Shown here piece by piece: positions 1 to 12,796 of a stretch of 64,000 nt of DNA. Location: the NCBI RefSeq assembly GCF_018350175.1, contig NC_058368.1:179926001-179990000 (forward strand), in the 5' to 3' direction. The stretch is from Felis catus. Its lineage: Eukaryota. The position numbers and the translations under genes were made by a program. Under the pieces are notes generated by a model. That model was given only the letters and a program-made list of their open reading frames with translations, was not told where the DNA came from and did no database searches. Position 1 is the first letter of the stretch. Each line of letters opens with the position of its first letter.

Positions 1-3000
1 GGGTCAGGTGTGAGAGAAGGGGACTTGAGTTACCAGGCAGAGTGTGGCTCAGGCTATAGTTAATGAACAGTCTCAGAGAGGCAAGGGAGCTGTTTCAGAA
101 GGAGTGGCCCTTCTGTCCCTCTGTGCCCCCACCTCCTGCTGTGGAGGTCCTTCCCTCTTTGGGACAAGCGAGTTTGTTGTCCTGGGCTGTAGTCCTAAGA
201 CTAGTAGCAGCAAGCACACATTCAACGCCGATTACTCTCATCTGTGCAGTTCACTGGGTTCTCCCGCCACGCACCCCTTGTCCACTGCCTTTCATGCTAA
301 ATGGCCAGAAGCAGGTCTGGGATTAAGCATTAGTGTTAACTTCAAGCTTGGTGTAAACCTATTGAACTGCATCCATTTTTACATAAATAAGCAAGAAAAC
401 AGCATCTATCCTGCTTTAGTCGATACCAGGACACCCACAGGTGTGAGTTATTAGCAATAACTGTAATTGTTTTGAATGGAACAATAAATAGTGCAGGGGG
501 TCACGAGGAGAAATGTCGTTCTATAGTATTAACATAGCTTAATAGCTTTTGCCGCTATATGCTTCATCCAACACTGGGCTTTGAGAGGCTGGCCTTGCAA
601 CTCAGGATATGAAGCTCTTGCTGAATTGCTTTCCTGCTTGGGGAGAAGATAATTTTGAGCCTTTCTGAAGCCGCATTGATTTTATCAGCAGATGGCCTCA
701 GGATAGCATCTCACCTTCATCCCTGAGGTTTCACTTATTTAATGGGGTTCTGAAAAGTTACAAGAAAGAACAGGCATATACAAGCCCCATTTTCTTGAGC
801 CTCAGCTCTGCATTCCAGACCCCAGCCACAAGGCAGCTACAGCCCAAGGCATATGTTATCCCTCCCCTACCCTGCTCCTGGGAGCTCATGTTTCTTCAGT
901 GAAATAGAATGGACGGCAGAAGAGGGACCTCAGTGGCATATTCCCCAGTGGAGGAAGGAGGGGTTGCTCAGTCCACAAACATTAGTCTTGGGGTCAGGCA
1001 CACGTAGGGTACCCAGAGGAGTGTTCTTCATGGCCAACCTGAGCATTTAAGGTTACAGGGGATAGAAATCAGGAAATGGCTTCACCTGCTCCCAGACTAC
1101 AGGGCCTTAGCCCTTTGGGCTGCCTCTCTGCTTCCCACCTTCCCCAACTGGACTTTTTAATCCACAGCTTTTAGACCCTTTGGCAGAAAGGAGAGTGATC
1201 ACAGAGCAAATTATCACACAGATAATCTAAACTTTCCATGCCTTTCTAACATCTCCTTAGCTTGATGCTAAAAGTGTCTCCTGGGGGGGAAAAAAAGTGT
1301 CTCCTTTTGCACCCAGAGTTTCATTATCTGTATTCTCCTAGTCTCTGAGTTCCAGAATTTAGAAATGGCGGGGAGGAGGAGGAGAAGATGTTCTTGGAGA
1401 CATGTTCTTGTCAGCACACAGCCCTTTTCTAGATGGAATCCATTTTCCAAATCTGTTGTACCCTCTGAGACCATGTTTAAACTCTGTCCCGAAAAACCAA
1501 ATTATTTGTCTGCTTAGCCTCCCTCCCCAGGTAACTGCTCATTCCCATACTTCAGTTTAGCTCACTAAACCCTTTTCAGTTAAAGGCTTTATCTGTGGCT
1601 CTTTAGCATGCAAGCCTTTTCTAGTGACATTACTCCTCAAGCACAGTACTCCACCAAGAGGCAGAGATAGAAGGGTAGGGGCAACAGCGGGAGAGCTCTT
1701 TATAATTTAAAGGGACAAACTAGACTTGGGTGGGGGGAAATCCCTATATCTTGAGATTTATTCTCGATCATCCATGAGCCATATGCAATAGCATGAAATC
1801 ATTTTCACTTACTTTTAATCCATTCAACAAAAATGTTTTTCAGCTGTATGTCAGGGCTTTTGCTCAGCAAAAGTTTCTGACCACACGAAACTAATAATTT
1901 ACACAGAAGCCAGCAGAAACGACCATGTTTCCATATAAACTGGACCTTCAGTCAGCACATAGATTAGCAAACGAGCAATCTGTCTAGGTCAAAACTCACT
2001 TTTACCTGTGCCTAAATCCCTAATCTGCCTTTAGCTTTTTGGTAAGGTCAGATTTAGCAGTGCCCTGGAATAGTCACTGAGTTAAAGGACCACCAATGTG
2101 GATGATCCAGCATTTTGTTAGAGCTTTCTTTTTCAAAGGCAGTAAGAGGTACTTGGAAAAGAGATTGAGTCAGTCACAGATACTCCCTCCTTCCTGATGC
2201 TAACAGGAATGGGCCCAAGTGGTAACTGAAAATATAAATTTGGAATCCACCGAAAGAACGTGTCAGAAAGTATACTTTCCACCCCCTGTAATTTTTGCTA
2301 ATTGTACAAGCAGATCTTCACCTATGGGATATTATGCCTCAGAACCTAGGCTACCAGACCACCATCTGGGAGGCAAATGAAGGTGCCCAGGTCAGCAATT
2401 AATCATGAAGCAGCCCAAATGCACATACTTCATTTCAGAACAATTCCACAAACACTCCCCCAACCCCTCTGCCTCCCCCTCGCTCACAAGGTTTCATCTC
2501 CTAATTGCAAAAGCTTTTTGGCATGGGAATGTCTTTGTGAAGAGGAGAGGACTCAATTTGGGCCATCTCTCTGAAGAAGACACGGGAACAAGGACGCTTC
2601 TCCAATTAATCAGCAAATGCTTGGCTCCAGCTTTCGGCCAGAAGATCGATTTACATAAAGCTATTCTCAAGATGAATTTGCCTCCCCCTCTGCTCCCCGT
2701 GCACTCCCCTTGTCCAGCCAGCATTAGACGTGCTACTGGGTTTCAGATTGACAGTGTCAGCTACGACAATCAAATTAGGGATGAAAGCCTCAGAGGGATG
2801 CCAAGGGAGAGGGACGGAGGGAAAGGAGGGGGTGGGAACAGTATGTCAGCCAGGAGGAGGATGGAATGCAAAGAAATGGGCTCCCTTTCCCCAACTCTAT
2901 TGGGCAGACACATAGCTTCAGACAAGGGAAAAAGAAAACCCTGGTCCCATGCTTTGGAACCAGGTGGATACCCTACACCGCATACTCACACCAGGATTGG

Positions 3001-3804
3001 TAAATTAAATCAAAACATTTCATTGGGCCTCAAAATTGGCAGAGGGCTATCTCAGGTATATAATTAAATCCTTAGACTCTAGTGATTTTCAACATCAGAT
3101 TTCTGCCTACGATGTAAAAACACCAAAATCTCAGTTATACCTCCTGAATGGTACATGGCAATGGACACACAAGCTGGAGTCAGATGATGATAGTGAGAAT
3201 CCTAATGATGTTTCCTGAACCAGTTAGTTAAGCAGGGATGTCTGGACCAGAACAGAAGGCACAGTTGGACTGTTGAGAGCTCCTCATACCTGTCTAATGT
3301 AACTACCTTGTCGCTAAATTGTGATAATTCTAGGAATTAGTGAGCTGTTGAGCAGCTCAGCCTCTGTACCATTTGCTGGAGATCATCAGTCAGTTATAAT
3401 GCTGTCTCATGAACACAAAGAGCCTTAGTTGGCATTACATATGATAATTAAATTAAGAAAGCTTCTGTTTGGACTGGAAGCATTTGTTAACCCTGCCAGC
3501 CCTGGAGGGGTGTTGGTTCAGAAAGACGCAAATTAAATCCTAATGGCTGGAAGGAGGTTCTCTGCTCATAGGAGGGATGGCTGAATGACTGGGAGATTTC
3601 AAGCCATGGTTTGCTTCCTTAAATCTAAAGGTTTCTATCTTGAATTGTTCCCTTTCACATTTCCTATTGTATACCCACCCCCCATCCCCAAGGAGGCCCA
3701 CATTGGGCTCCTTTAGATTAGTTCCAACATTTAATACTCTTTTCCTCTCTTGGCAGAGAGTGGGTGCAGAAGTACAACATCCAGCTTCTAGCCTTATTCT
3801 AGAG

Positions 3805-4118
3805 CTTCACTGTCCAATGTAATAGGTGCTAGCCATGTGTAGTTATTGAGCACTTGAAATGTGGCTGGTCTGACTTGACATGTATATAAAATATACACCA
3901 GATTCTGAAGATGCGGTATAAAAAATAATGTAAAGTATCTCTTTAATATATTTTTATATTTATTACATGTTGTAATAATATTTTTTAGATATATTTGGTT
4001 AAGTAGAATACTTTACTGAATTCATTTCACCTGTTTCTTTTTACTGTTTTTAATGCAGCTAATGGAACAAATTAAATTGCTTGGGTGTCTCATGTTATAT
4101 TTCTGTGGAGGAATGCTG
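3805..4118 (-). mobile_element. MER33-like hAT-Charlie DNA transposon
   Basis: Ends ctgtccaat... and ...gctg; internal tgagcacttgaaatgtggct and ttcacctgtttctttttact; degenerate 8-bp TSD ttctagag (3797-3804) / tcctagaa (4119-4126). Confidence 0.8.
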
Positions 4119-4720
4119 TCCTAGAATTAGCAGATCCTTTCTGGGGGGGTGCTGGCCTCTGTACCCTTCAGGCCCTGGGATGAAGTGTCCTGTTGACTAG
4201 CATAGAGGGTTATTTGTTTTTAATTGGGAGAAATTCATTGGGGTGGGCCCTGCATCCCCCATTTCACCCCTCACTTCCTTTGTGTCCACAGTCAGCCTGC
4301 TTTGCTCATTTCCTTTAACCTGCATGATCCTAATGCATTTGAATTTGTGATTTTTAGAATATCTGTCCATAAAGAGACAGGAAGGATGTACATTAGTGAC
4401 TAATCGTAGAGCAAACCAATAACCCTAACCTTACATTCAGCCCTCAGTCCCTGTCTAAGTGATACTTAGCTCCATGGTGCTCAAACACCAGGCCTTCATC
4501 TGCTTTGGAATGGTCACAGCTTGAGATCTGCCTCAGGGCCTGGCTGCTCATTACCTACCTGCCCTCCAGTGCTCTCTCCCCTCTACTGCAACCCTCCTAG
4601 AAACCTGGGAAAACATTTGTCTGTGAGGCCCCACCAGAACGTGCTAATCCCAATCGACAGAGTCTTCCCTGCACGTTTAGGAGAGGCCCGGGACAAAATG
4701 CTTGGTTTCCTCTTCGTGAA

Positions 4721-4802
4721 TTGCTGGGGTCCTGGGGGAAGTTTTAAGCATCCATGGACTCTTGCTGGGGTCCTGGGGGAAGTTTTAAGCATCCATGGAC
4801 TC
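4721..4802. repeat. Perfect 41-bp tandem duplication
   Basis: ttgctggggtcctgggggaagttttaagcatccatggactc at 4721-4761 and 4762-4802. Confidence 0.97.
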
Positions 4803-5289
4803 TTCCCCCTGCTAGTTCAGCTTCCAACTGGGCCCCTGGGTGGCTTTGTCAAGTGTGGATTAGATATTGTCACCCTGTTCCCCTTCAGCCTTCTCCTGTG
4901 ACACTAGTGTCCTGTAAGCATTTTGCCCAAATCCAGCAGGCTCACACCTGAGACACAGGAGACCTTTGCATCTTGGACCCAAAATTTCCCCTAGACGCTT
5001 AAGATAGTAGGATGCTATATTTGTTAGCTTTCTGCTAAAAAAATGAAGATACTGATTTGCGTTTATATACTGCATTCGAGTATAGAAGAAGCACTTGATT
5101 TTTCATTACTCTTGATGCTTATCTGGATTTCACAGAAGCACAAGTTGAGGCTCAGAATTGATTGATGCTCTTAAAGACACAGCCCATTAAGTATCACAGC
5201 TGGGGTGTGAACTTGCCACCTAATCCCATGCACAAATCATCCTATCCACATTCTCAAACTTGTTCAAAGTTTACACTCTAAAGCCTATC

Positions 5290-5342
5290 CCTAGGGTTTC
5301 TGATTCAGTAGATCTCGGATGGGTCCCAGAAATCTGCATTAA
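5290..5342. mobile_element. MER5A-like DNA transposon fragment
   Basis: tttctgattcagtagatctcggatgggtcccagaaatctgcatt resembles the MER5A core. Confidence 0.55.
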
Positions 5343-5626
5343 TTTTTTTTATTATGGAAAATTTCACACATACATAAAAGTCAAGCACAAATTATAAATG
5401 AACTTCCTTTGCACCTAGCACTCAGCTCTTCAATAAGTATCCATTCATGGCCAATCTTAGTCCATCTATACCTCCACCTACTTCCCCCTCTTCTACATTA
5501 TTTCGAAGCAAAATCCAGACATCATCACTTAATCCTTAATTATTTCAGTATGTATCTCTCAAAGACAAAGATCTAAATGAAGGGAAACATAACCCACAAT
5601 ACCATTATCCTATCTAAATTATTTTA
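5343..5626 (-). mobile_element. Old L1 (L1MC-like) 3' end fragment
   Basis: ttttattatggaaaatttcacacatac...cattcatggccaatctt...aatccagacatcat...cacaataccattatc resembles an L1MC 3' UTR. Confidence 0.7.
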
Positions 5627-7479
5627 AGACCAGGGATCTGTATTTTTTTTTTGAAGCATCATCACTAAATTCTGATTAGGTAGACCATGAGCCCCACTGT
5701 GAGAACAGCTGCCCCGTGCCATGCCAACTCTTAATAACATCTTCAAACTGTCATGATTTTTATCAGACTGTCCACTTTGAAAGACAGAATCAAAGTACTT
5801 GATGAAACAAGACTGGATCCCTGCAAGTCCCAGTGATTCGATTGGCACCTTTCCCTTCCCCTTCCCCTGCACTGCCACCCCAAAACTAAAAAGATTTTGA
5901 GCCTTGAATGGGTAAAACAAAGCTGTGAATTATTTTCCTTGCTGGTTAGCAATAATCCTCAGTGTAACTTTAGACATAGGGTGTCTTCTTGTTGAAAAGG
6001 AAAAAACAGTGAAACTGCAGTTCTTACTTTTGGAGATGTCTAGGTATTTATTTTCCAGTCATTTGTATGAAAAGGTCTGTTTATTTGTATCGGGGGCCGA
6101 AGAGAATACAAGCTCCAGGAGAACAGAAACTTGGTTCCGTTTACATCTGTGCCTCAACATGTGACATAGAATAGCATACAGTAGGTGCTAAATTTATTTT
6201 CTTGTTGCCTGAAGAGTCTGAGCTGACATTTAATCTGCCAATCTTAAACATCTGAATGGTATGATTAGGACTTTTCTAATGAGATTGTCGGAGAAGGCAG
6301 AATGAAAGGAGCTCTTACTGATCTCTTTCATTCAGTGACTTTTTAACATCAAGGAAACAAGCACATAAACTGGTGTGATGAAATATTTAGAAACTAGTTG
6401 GAGCAGTGGAAAATAATTTTTTGGTCATGTTTTGGTTTTCTGTCCCCCATTGATACTTTGATCCTCTGGATCCCTGAGGCAGGTGGCAGTTCTTTCAGGA
6501 AATGGTTCAGTTTTTCCATCATAATCTCTCTTGGACAAAGGATACCATTGACTAGACACCCAGCCAGAGGTACCAGGACTTTTCAGCTGAGACATATGCT
6601 TGGGGCTCACCTGGTTTTGACAGTGACCCAACTGAAGACATACAATCTTGCTTATTAAGATAAATTGCCTGCAGAAGAGATTTACCTTTTAAGATAAATC
6701 CTCCCCAAAGTTCACACTGTAGAATCCCCAGGGAATAATTTTTCCTGCATGTTTGTCCCTCCCTCCCACTGTATAAAATAAGGTAAGCAAAACAACATCT
6801 TTCTCTTCTGTTCTGAGAGCAGAGTGATAATGTCACAGTTACTATAGGAGTTGGGGCTAGGGGGAGCAGGCCTTGTATAAGAAGGCAGCAATTGCGAGTA
6901 CAAGAACTTTTAGACTCACGGATTATCCATCAGAAATGTTTTAAATCCCTAAATGAGTTTTGATTGATACCTACTGCATCAGTGGGCAGGTTTCCTCCTA
7001 TTAGGCAGTGAGTGGGAAAGTAATTTTAATACATACTCAGGCCAAAGAGAATCAGAATAGTAATCCACTTCCCTGATCTCAAATCCAATAATGGTTCCAA
7101 ATAGAAATGCTTTTATATCATCCCCTCATTTACTTTGGCTAATCAAGGGTTGGTAGTTTTTTTGTTTTTGTTTTTGTTTTTTTCTTTTTTAAGTTACTAA
7201 AAAAGTGCCTGTTGGTCTCAGTGCAAGGTCTGGGGAAGTAGACAAAGAAGGCATCAGATTGCATTGTTCTAATTTCCTTTGGTCACTAAGCTTCTCCCTG
7301 TGGCCTCCTGATCTTTGGTCCTGGATATGTCATCTTTCATGAGTGATCTTTTTTTTTTTAAATCTTCTGAGAACTTCCTGAATCAGGAGAACTGTCCTTG
7401 AAGCCTTCTTATGAATGCTTTGAGATGGATCCCTTGGGTCCCTTTACTGACTCTGGCTCCTATCTCCTGCTTCTTTAGA

Positions 7480-7805
7480 CTTTGCTGGTAAAGGTCATGA
7501 CTGGGAACCTCCTCAGCAATCTGTCATTGAGTCTTGGAGTCACCGTGTTTAGCCTTATGGAGAGCAGGCAAAGCCCAGCAATTTGTATTTCTCTTGGGTG
7601 ATCGCTAACCAAGGACTGTCTGATGCAGGGCTACAATGACCCAGATCCCTTGGTTAGAGACAAGGCCAGGACTTTACCTAACTGACCTATAATTATTTCC
7701 CTTGTTCATCCTGCTTCCTGCATCCTTTACTAGTCTCTCCCAGGATGCAAGTATGAATCCATCACTTGGCTAAATGTCAACTTCTTTGAGAGCCCAAACT
7801 GAGAC
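7480..7805 (+). mobile_element. Degraded ERVL LTR (LTR16-like)
   Basis: Ends in ...gagagcccaaactgagaca, similar to LTR16 3' termini; internal cctgcttcc...tttactagtctctccc. Confidence 0.4.
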
Positions 7806-8059
7806 AGACCTTCTCTCCTGAATCAAGCTCTCCTCTTTCATTCAAAAGACTCTAGAATCAAATAGGGATACTCCTGTCTAGATGACAGATGAGGGAAACT
7901 TCGATTCCTCGCTCAGATTTTATAGAAAGAATATTAGTTAACATTTATGTGTTTTATTCTTTGCATAGTTGTAGGCATATATCCTGAAGAGGATGATAAA
8001 GGACGTTTTCGGCAATGTAAAATTCAGGGCTAACTGGGCAGAAAATCCAAGAAATAAAT

Positions 8060-8240
8060 GCAGCCATTCGTTGAATGCCTATAGGATTCCAGGTGATTTG
8101 CAAGGTGCATATATATTAATTCCTTTCATCCCCATGATTAACCTAGGAAGTCAGTAAAGCCCCTGCCCTAAAGATGGGGAAACGGAGGCATAGAGCATTT
8201 CAGTACCTAGCATGATCATACCGCTAATAAGTGGCCCTCC
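8060..8240 (-). mobile_element. MIR
   Basis: aagatggggaaacggaggcatagag core with ctaataagtggc. Confidence 0.6.
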
Positions 8241-10789
8241 CCACTTCAGAAACAAGAATTCACCAAGGTTGGGGGAGCTTCTGAACCCCTTCTGGTACAT
8301 TCAGAATAATTCAAGATTGATATCTAGGAACAAATTTCACCTCCCACAAACTGCCATTTAACACAGACAAGACTTCCGGGTAGCGTGAATGTGACTGAGA
8401 CCAGTGCATTGTCCCCACTGAGCAGAGGAAACTGTTTTCCTGCTTCTCGCCTTGCCATCTTCCCTGGTAAACATGGGGTGGGCAGGGGTGGGGGTGAAGG
8501 TGGGGACTGTCATTCACTGTTGCTCTGAGAACAAAGCCTGCCTGACATTGCAGAGAGAGCACTGGGAAGCATTTCAAAGCTCCACTGGAACTAGACAACC
8601 TTTCAATCCATTTATCAAAGTGTCTGCAGTTCCCGTTTCAAGGTAGATGAAGCAATAATAAATTTGCGAAGAAAGTTAATCTGTGTCCAAAGCATTTTAG
8701 TAAATTAAAAAGGGGGGGGGGTGCTGGCTGGAAGGGGGATATATTGGTGCTTGCCAACTCCTATTTGACTTACTGTCTCCTTAATAAGTCCTCTTTGGTC
8801 TTGTGTTTTTGGATGGAATAATCCGTCGGTTAATCATTTTCCGGAAGCAGGAAAATGCACTTTAGCTAATGCAGTCCTCCTTTCTTTCAGAGTCCTAATT
8901 ATTTAAAAAGGCATCCCAATCCATAGCCCTACTGCCAGCCAAGAAAACCTTTCCCACCAGCCATCTTCCTTTATTTCCCCCAGAAAATTTCAGCACACGC
9001 CCCTTACCCTCTCACTGTGCTCCAGCCTCATACCTTATATCTAATGTTTTTTTAAAAAAGTTCCTTTTCCCTGGTTATTTCTGAACATTTTCCCTCAGGA
9101 AGGGCAAGGCACTAAACCCCCAGCAAGCAATTGGCCGGAACTAGGCTCTTGGGCACTACGGATAGATTTTGTTATTTTTACTTAAGTGTCAGCTGAAAAT
9201 GGTGGCTCTTGTGGCTCTCATGGGTGGTGCTTAGCAATAGCTCCATGCTCTGGCATCACGCTGAGATAAACACACTATTAGGAGCCCTCACAAAGGCCCC
9301 AAGATAATTGTGAAGGGACAGTTACCGAAAATGAAGCACCCAGCCCTGAACCCTCCTCCACGCCCCATCAGTAACACCATTAAAGCTGTCAGTTTGTCAG
9401 CCCACTGGAGGTATTTATGAAATCAATATACAATCCTGCAGATGGATGGCAGTGGTATTGTTAGCTGGAGAACAGAGGCTCAATGGAAAATAAAATTAAT
9501 AAAATTTACAAGCAGATTGTCATGGGGAACAGATAAATTCCCTACAATCCACTGTTTTCCTCGGTTACAGCAGGAGGAAAGCCATGGCAAGGAGGTGGAA
9601 AGAAAGCTGTGCTTTTAAATGGGGTCCCTTAAACTGGGAGCAAGACTGGGTGTATTTCCAGCAAGAAAGTAGTGACCAGAAACCCAAGAGGCTGCCCCGT
9701 GCAGTTGCAGGGTTTTGCCTGTGTGATGGCTTTTGTGGAGCGTCTCTCAGGAGGTGGGCCAGATTTTTCAGCTAAAATGCTGCTCTCCTCTTTTCAGCCC
9801 ACCATATGGCAAGTTGGAACCTTTATACAATTGTTATTTCTTCAGGATGTTTGAGGCTACATGTCAACTCATTAAACTCAAAGGCTACATTAAAGTCAAA
9901 GGGTTAATGCATTACGGGAGTAGGTGCCCCTTCACCTGGCTTCCAGACATGGTTAGAGCTGACAGTCCAGACCTCTCTCCTGTTTGTTTCCCCTGCCCCT
10001 GATTTTGATCATTCCCCCTTGGCCGGCACAGCGGCCCGAGCTGTTTCCCAGAGTGGCCAAAGATAGCGGCCAAGCCTGGGAGGATAGTGGGCAGGGGCTC
10101 ACTGTCCTGGAGACCAGCCTTCACCTGGCAGAAAAGACTAGACCCATTGTGGTTGCTAGAGCCTTGAGTACAGCCCAGATGCCTGGTGGAAATTGCATTA
10201 GTCAGATGACAGGACCTGCACCCCCTTCCCCTGGAGTCTGATGGAGAGCAGAGGAGTGACCTTGGTGAACCTGCCTGACCTCTGCTGTCACCATAGGCTT
10301 TGTTCGGTGCCCCGACTCCAGGCTGGAGCCCTGCTCATTGAATCAGGCCTGGCCGGGGGAGCCTGCAGTGGGGCTCCTTGTGCATCTAAATTTATTTACA
10401 CCGTTGCAGACAGAGGAAACTGGATTTGAGATGGGGAATACCCTGTTATTCAGCCCCAGAAGCCACTGGTAGTTATGTCTGCACCCTACCCCAACTCTGA
10501 GCCTTGCGTTGGGGCTTAACAGTGGCCCCAGACAATCCCCAAGTGTCTGAAACTCTAGTCACCCACTCAGAGTGTGGTAGCTCCTCTCAGCAGGTGAGAG
10601 CAGGAAAGTGATGCCTCTCTTCTGCTTTCTGTTTTTCCTCCTGCCCCTTCACAAAATGTTAATTTAGATGGCCTAAGTTTCAGTGAAGGATGGTTGTCTG
10701 ACCTCTCTTTATTTGGAATCCTCTTTAGCTTTTGATTAGGTTCCCATGGAAACCTAAGTGTAGGAGTGTCCATTGGCACAGTCTCCCTC

Positions 10790-11160
10790 TAGGACGACTC
10801 AGCAGTTAAAGACGTTTACCCTGTGACCCAGCACATGCTCCTTATGGGACTTTATACCAAGGAAGTGGTCGAACAATTGTCCCAAAAATGTCTGGGGAGG
10901 AAAACCCATCCTCATGTTTCCTTAAATGGCAAATACCCAACAATGTGGGATCGCACAGCCCTCTATACAATTGGATGATATACAGTGATTAAAAATGTTG
11001 GCATACATGTACTGTTAATGACATGAACAGATGTTCTCAATATAATAAGTGAAAAAAGAGTTTATGACTGACTATATACTATGAGATCATATTGTGAAAT
11101 TTATACATATTGCTCCTAATTGGTAACAGTGGTTATGGTCTGGGTAGATGGTCTTGTACC
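10790..11160 (+). mobile_element. Old L1 (L1ME-like) fragment
   Basis: accctgtgacccagca...tacagtgattaaaaatg...ataagtgaaaaaag...gtaacagtggttat. Confidence 0.55.
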
Positions 11161-12136
11161 TTAATATCGAAAAGTTTTTGTGTTATTTTCAAAATAATTG
11201 AGATATATATCCGTATCTATAGATACATGTCCATATGATTGATATGTATGTATATGTTTGTGTGTATGTGTGTAGAGACATGCAGTTATGACAGATTACT
11301 CACTGAAATTCCAAGCAAGCTTGAGGTATGAATGAAAACAAGTGTATATGTTTGTTTAGGGGGAAAAGGGGGAAACAAAAAGGAAAAAAAGCTGCATAGG
11401 TCTTAGGAAAGAAAACTGAGGCTTTGGGGATTCTTAAAGAGGACCCTGGTATGAGACCCGGGTTTGAGCCAGCTTCAAGACCTGACACTTTGTCCCTTAC
11501 CTTTCCTCCTCAAAGCAACACATTAGCACCCTTAATGCTAGATGGGGTGCCCATGGGACCCCCATTTTGGACAGGTTTGTGCAAATGCAATCTGAATTCA
11601 CCATGGCTGTCACTTAGCTGATCTAGGAGGCCCCCAGGGTGTCTGGGTCTCTAGAATAAACAGAGATGGTCATCCCCCATCAGAAAATCAGGGTTGCCAG
11701 GTTCCCTTCCAATCCCAAATGACAAAGGCGGAGAGTCCCTGAGAGATGGGAGACTGAGTGCTGTTGACCCTGAAGTGGGGGAGGGACGGCCTGGGGAAGG
11801 GGGGCCAGGGGTCTCTCTGGGAGGTGGCAAAACAGAATTGGGTGCGGTCTGTGTGCAACAAATAACCCAGCGTCTTGGCTCGTGGCCTGGAGGTGCGAGA
11901 CCACCCACAGAGCCCGCCCTGGAGGCGAGCTGCTCCCGCCTGGTAACCATTTCAGCAAAGGCCATCACTAGAGGAACAATGTGAAGGCTCATAGCAGCCT
12001 GGGGCCTGAGACTAAACAGTGCCTCCAACACTCCTGACCGCAGAGGCAGCCTGTGAGAGGTTTTGTTGTCATAATGAGATGCAGATAAAGCCGGGCCTTG
12101 GTCGTTAATGCATGTGCCTCTTCTCTTCTTGTTTAG

Positions 12137-12208
12137 AGATCTGAGCGAAAACCAGATCCTAGGGATCCCGAGGAAGGCATTCCGTGGCATCACCAACGTG
12201 AAGAACTT
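12137..12208 (+). CDS. SLIT3: SLIT3 coding exon (exon 5), one LRR: (L)[23 protein letters not shown](L)
   Basis: Pyrimidine tract ttctcttcttgtttAG ending 12136; donor TT|GTAAGT at 12209; 72 nt, phase 2/2; 24-aa LRR periodicity typical of Slit exons. Confidence 0.96.
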
Positions 12209-12796
12209 GTAAGTGATGTTTTTTTGGTTTGGTTTTTTTGGTTTGCTTTTTTTTTGCTTCTCTACGGATGTGGCTTTCTGGCCAGAACAGGGGTGAGGGA
12301 CGGGACAGGAAGGTGGTGTCACTGTGCTATGTGCTGCCTTGGTGCAGACGCCTTTGAGACAGATTGAGGGATGTGCCTGAGTGGTTTCCAGGGAACATGC
12401 ATCAAGTGCCACAACAGCTCCACAGAGTCCTGTTCCTCTCTGGTTTTTCAGCCCCAAGTGTGAGCACTAGAGTCCCGGACCTGGGTCAGAGCTTGGCCTA
12501 CAGTAACTCTATGGCCTGGGGCTCTACTCAGCTCTTCCCAGGGTCATGATCTTCTGCAAAATGGGGATGATATTCTGGTGGGGGTGTTGATGCCAATGAG
12601 AAAGTGTGCTTAGTACATAGTATAAGTGTTCCATAAGTGGGAGCCTTGATGATCATGACCATGATCCTGATGGTAAAGGGGTGGCTGTTACTAATAAGAT
12701 ATTGGAGAGGGCATTGGCATTTGTGTCCCAGGCTGGTGGGGAGACATAGCCAGATCCACTCACCGCACTAGGTGCTTGGTTTTGGGGGGTGTTTTT

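Noticed and set aside
1651..1664. CTCF-like ccaccaagaggcag
   Set aside because: Mismatch at a core G position; cannot be supported without a PWM scan or ChIP data.
2405..3067. 220-aa ATG ORF on the + strand
   Set aside because: No recognisable protein similarity and no convincing exon boundaries; it overlies an enhancer-like block.
11651..12457. 268-aa ORF on the - strand overlapping exon 5
   Set aside because: TTG start, low-complexity translation running through a T-rich intronic tract, no recognisable domain; best explained by local GC richness.
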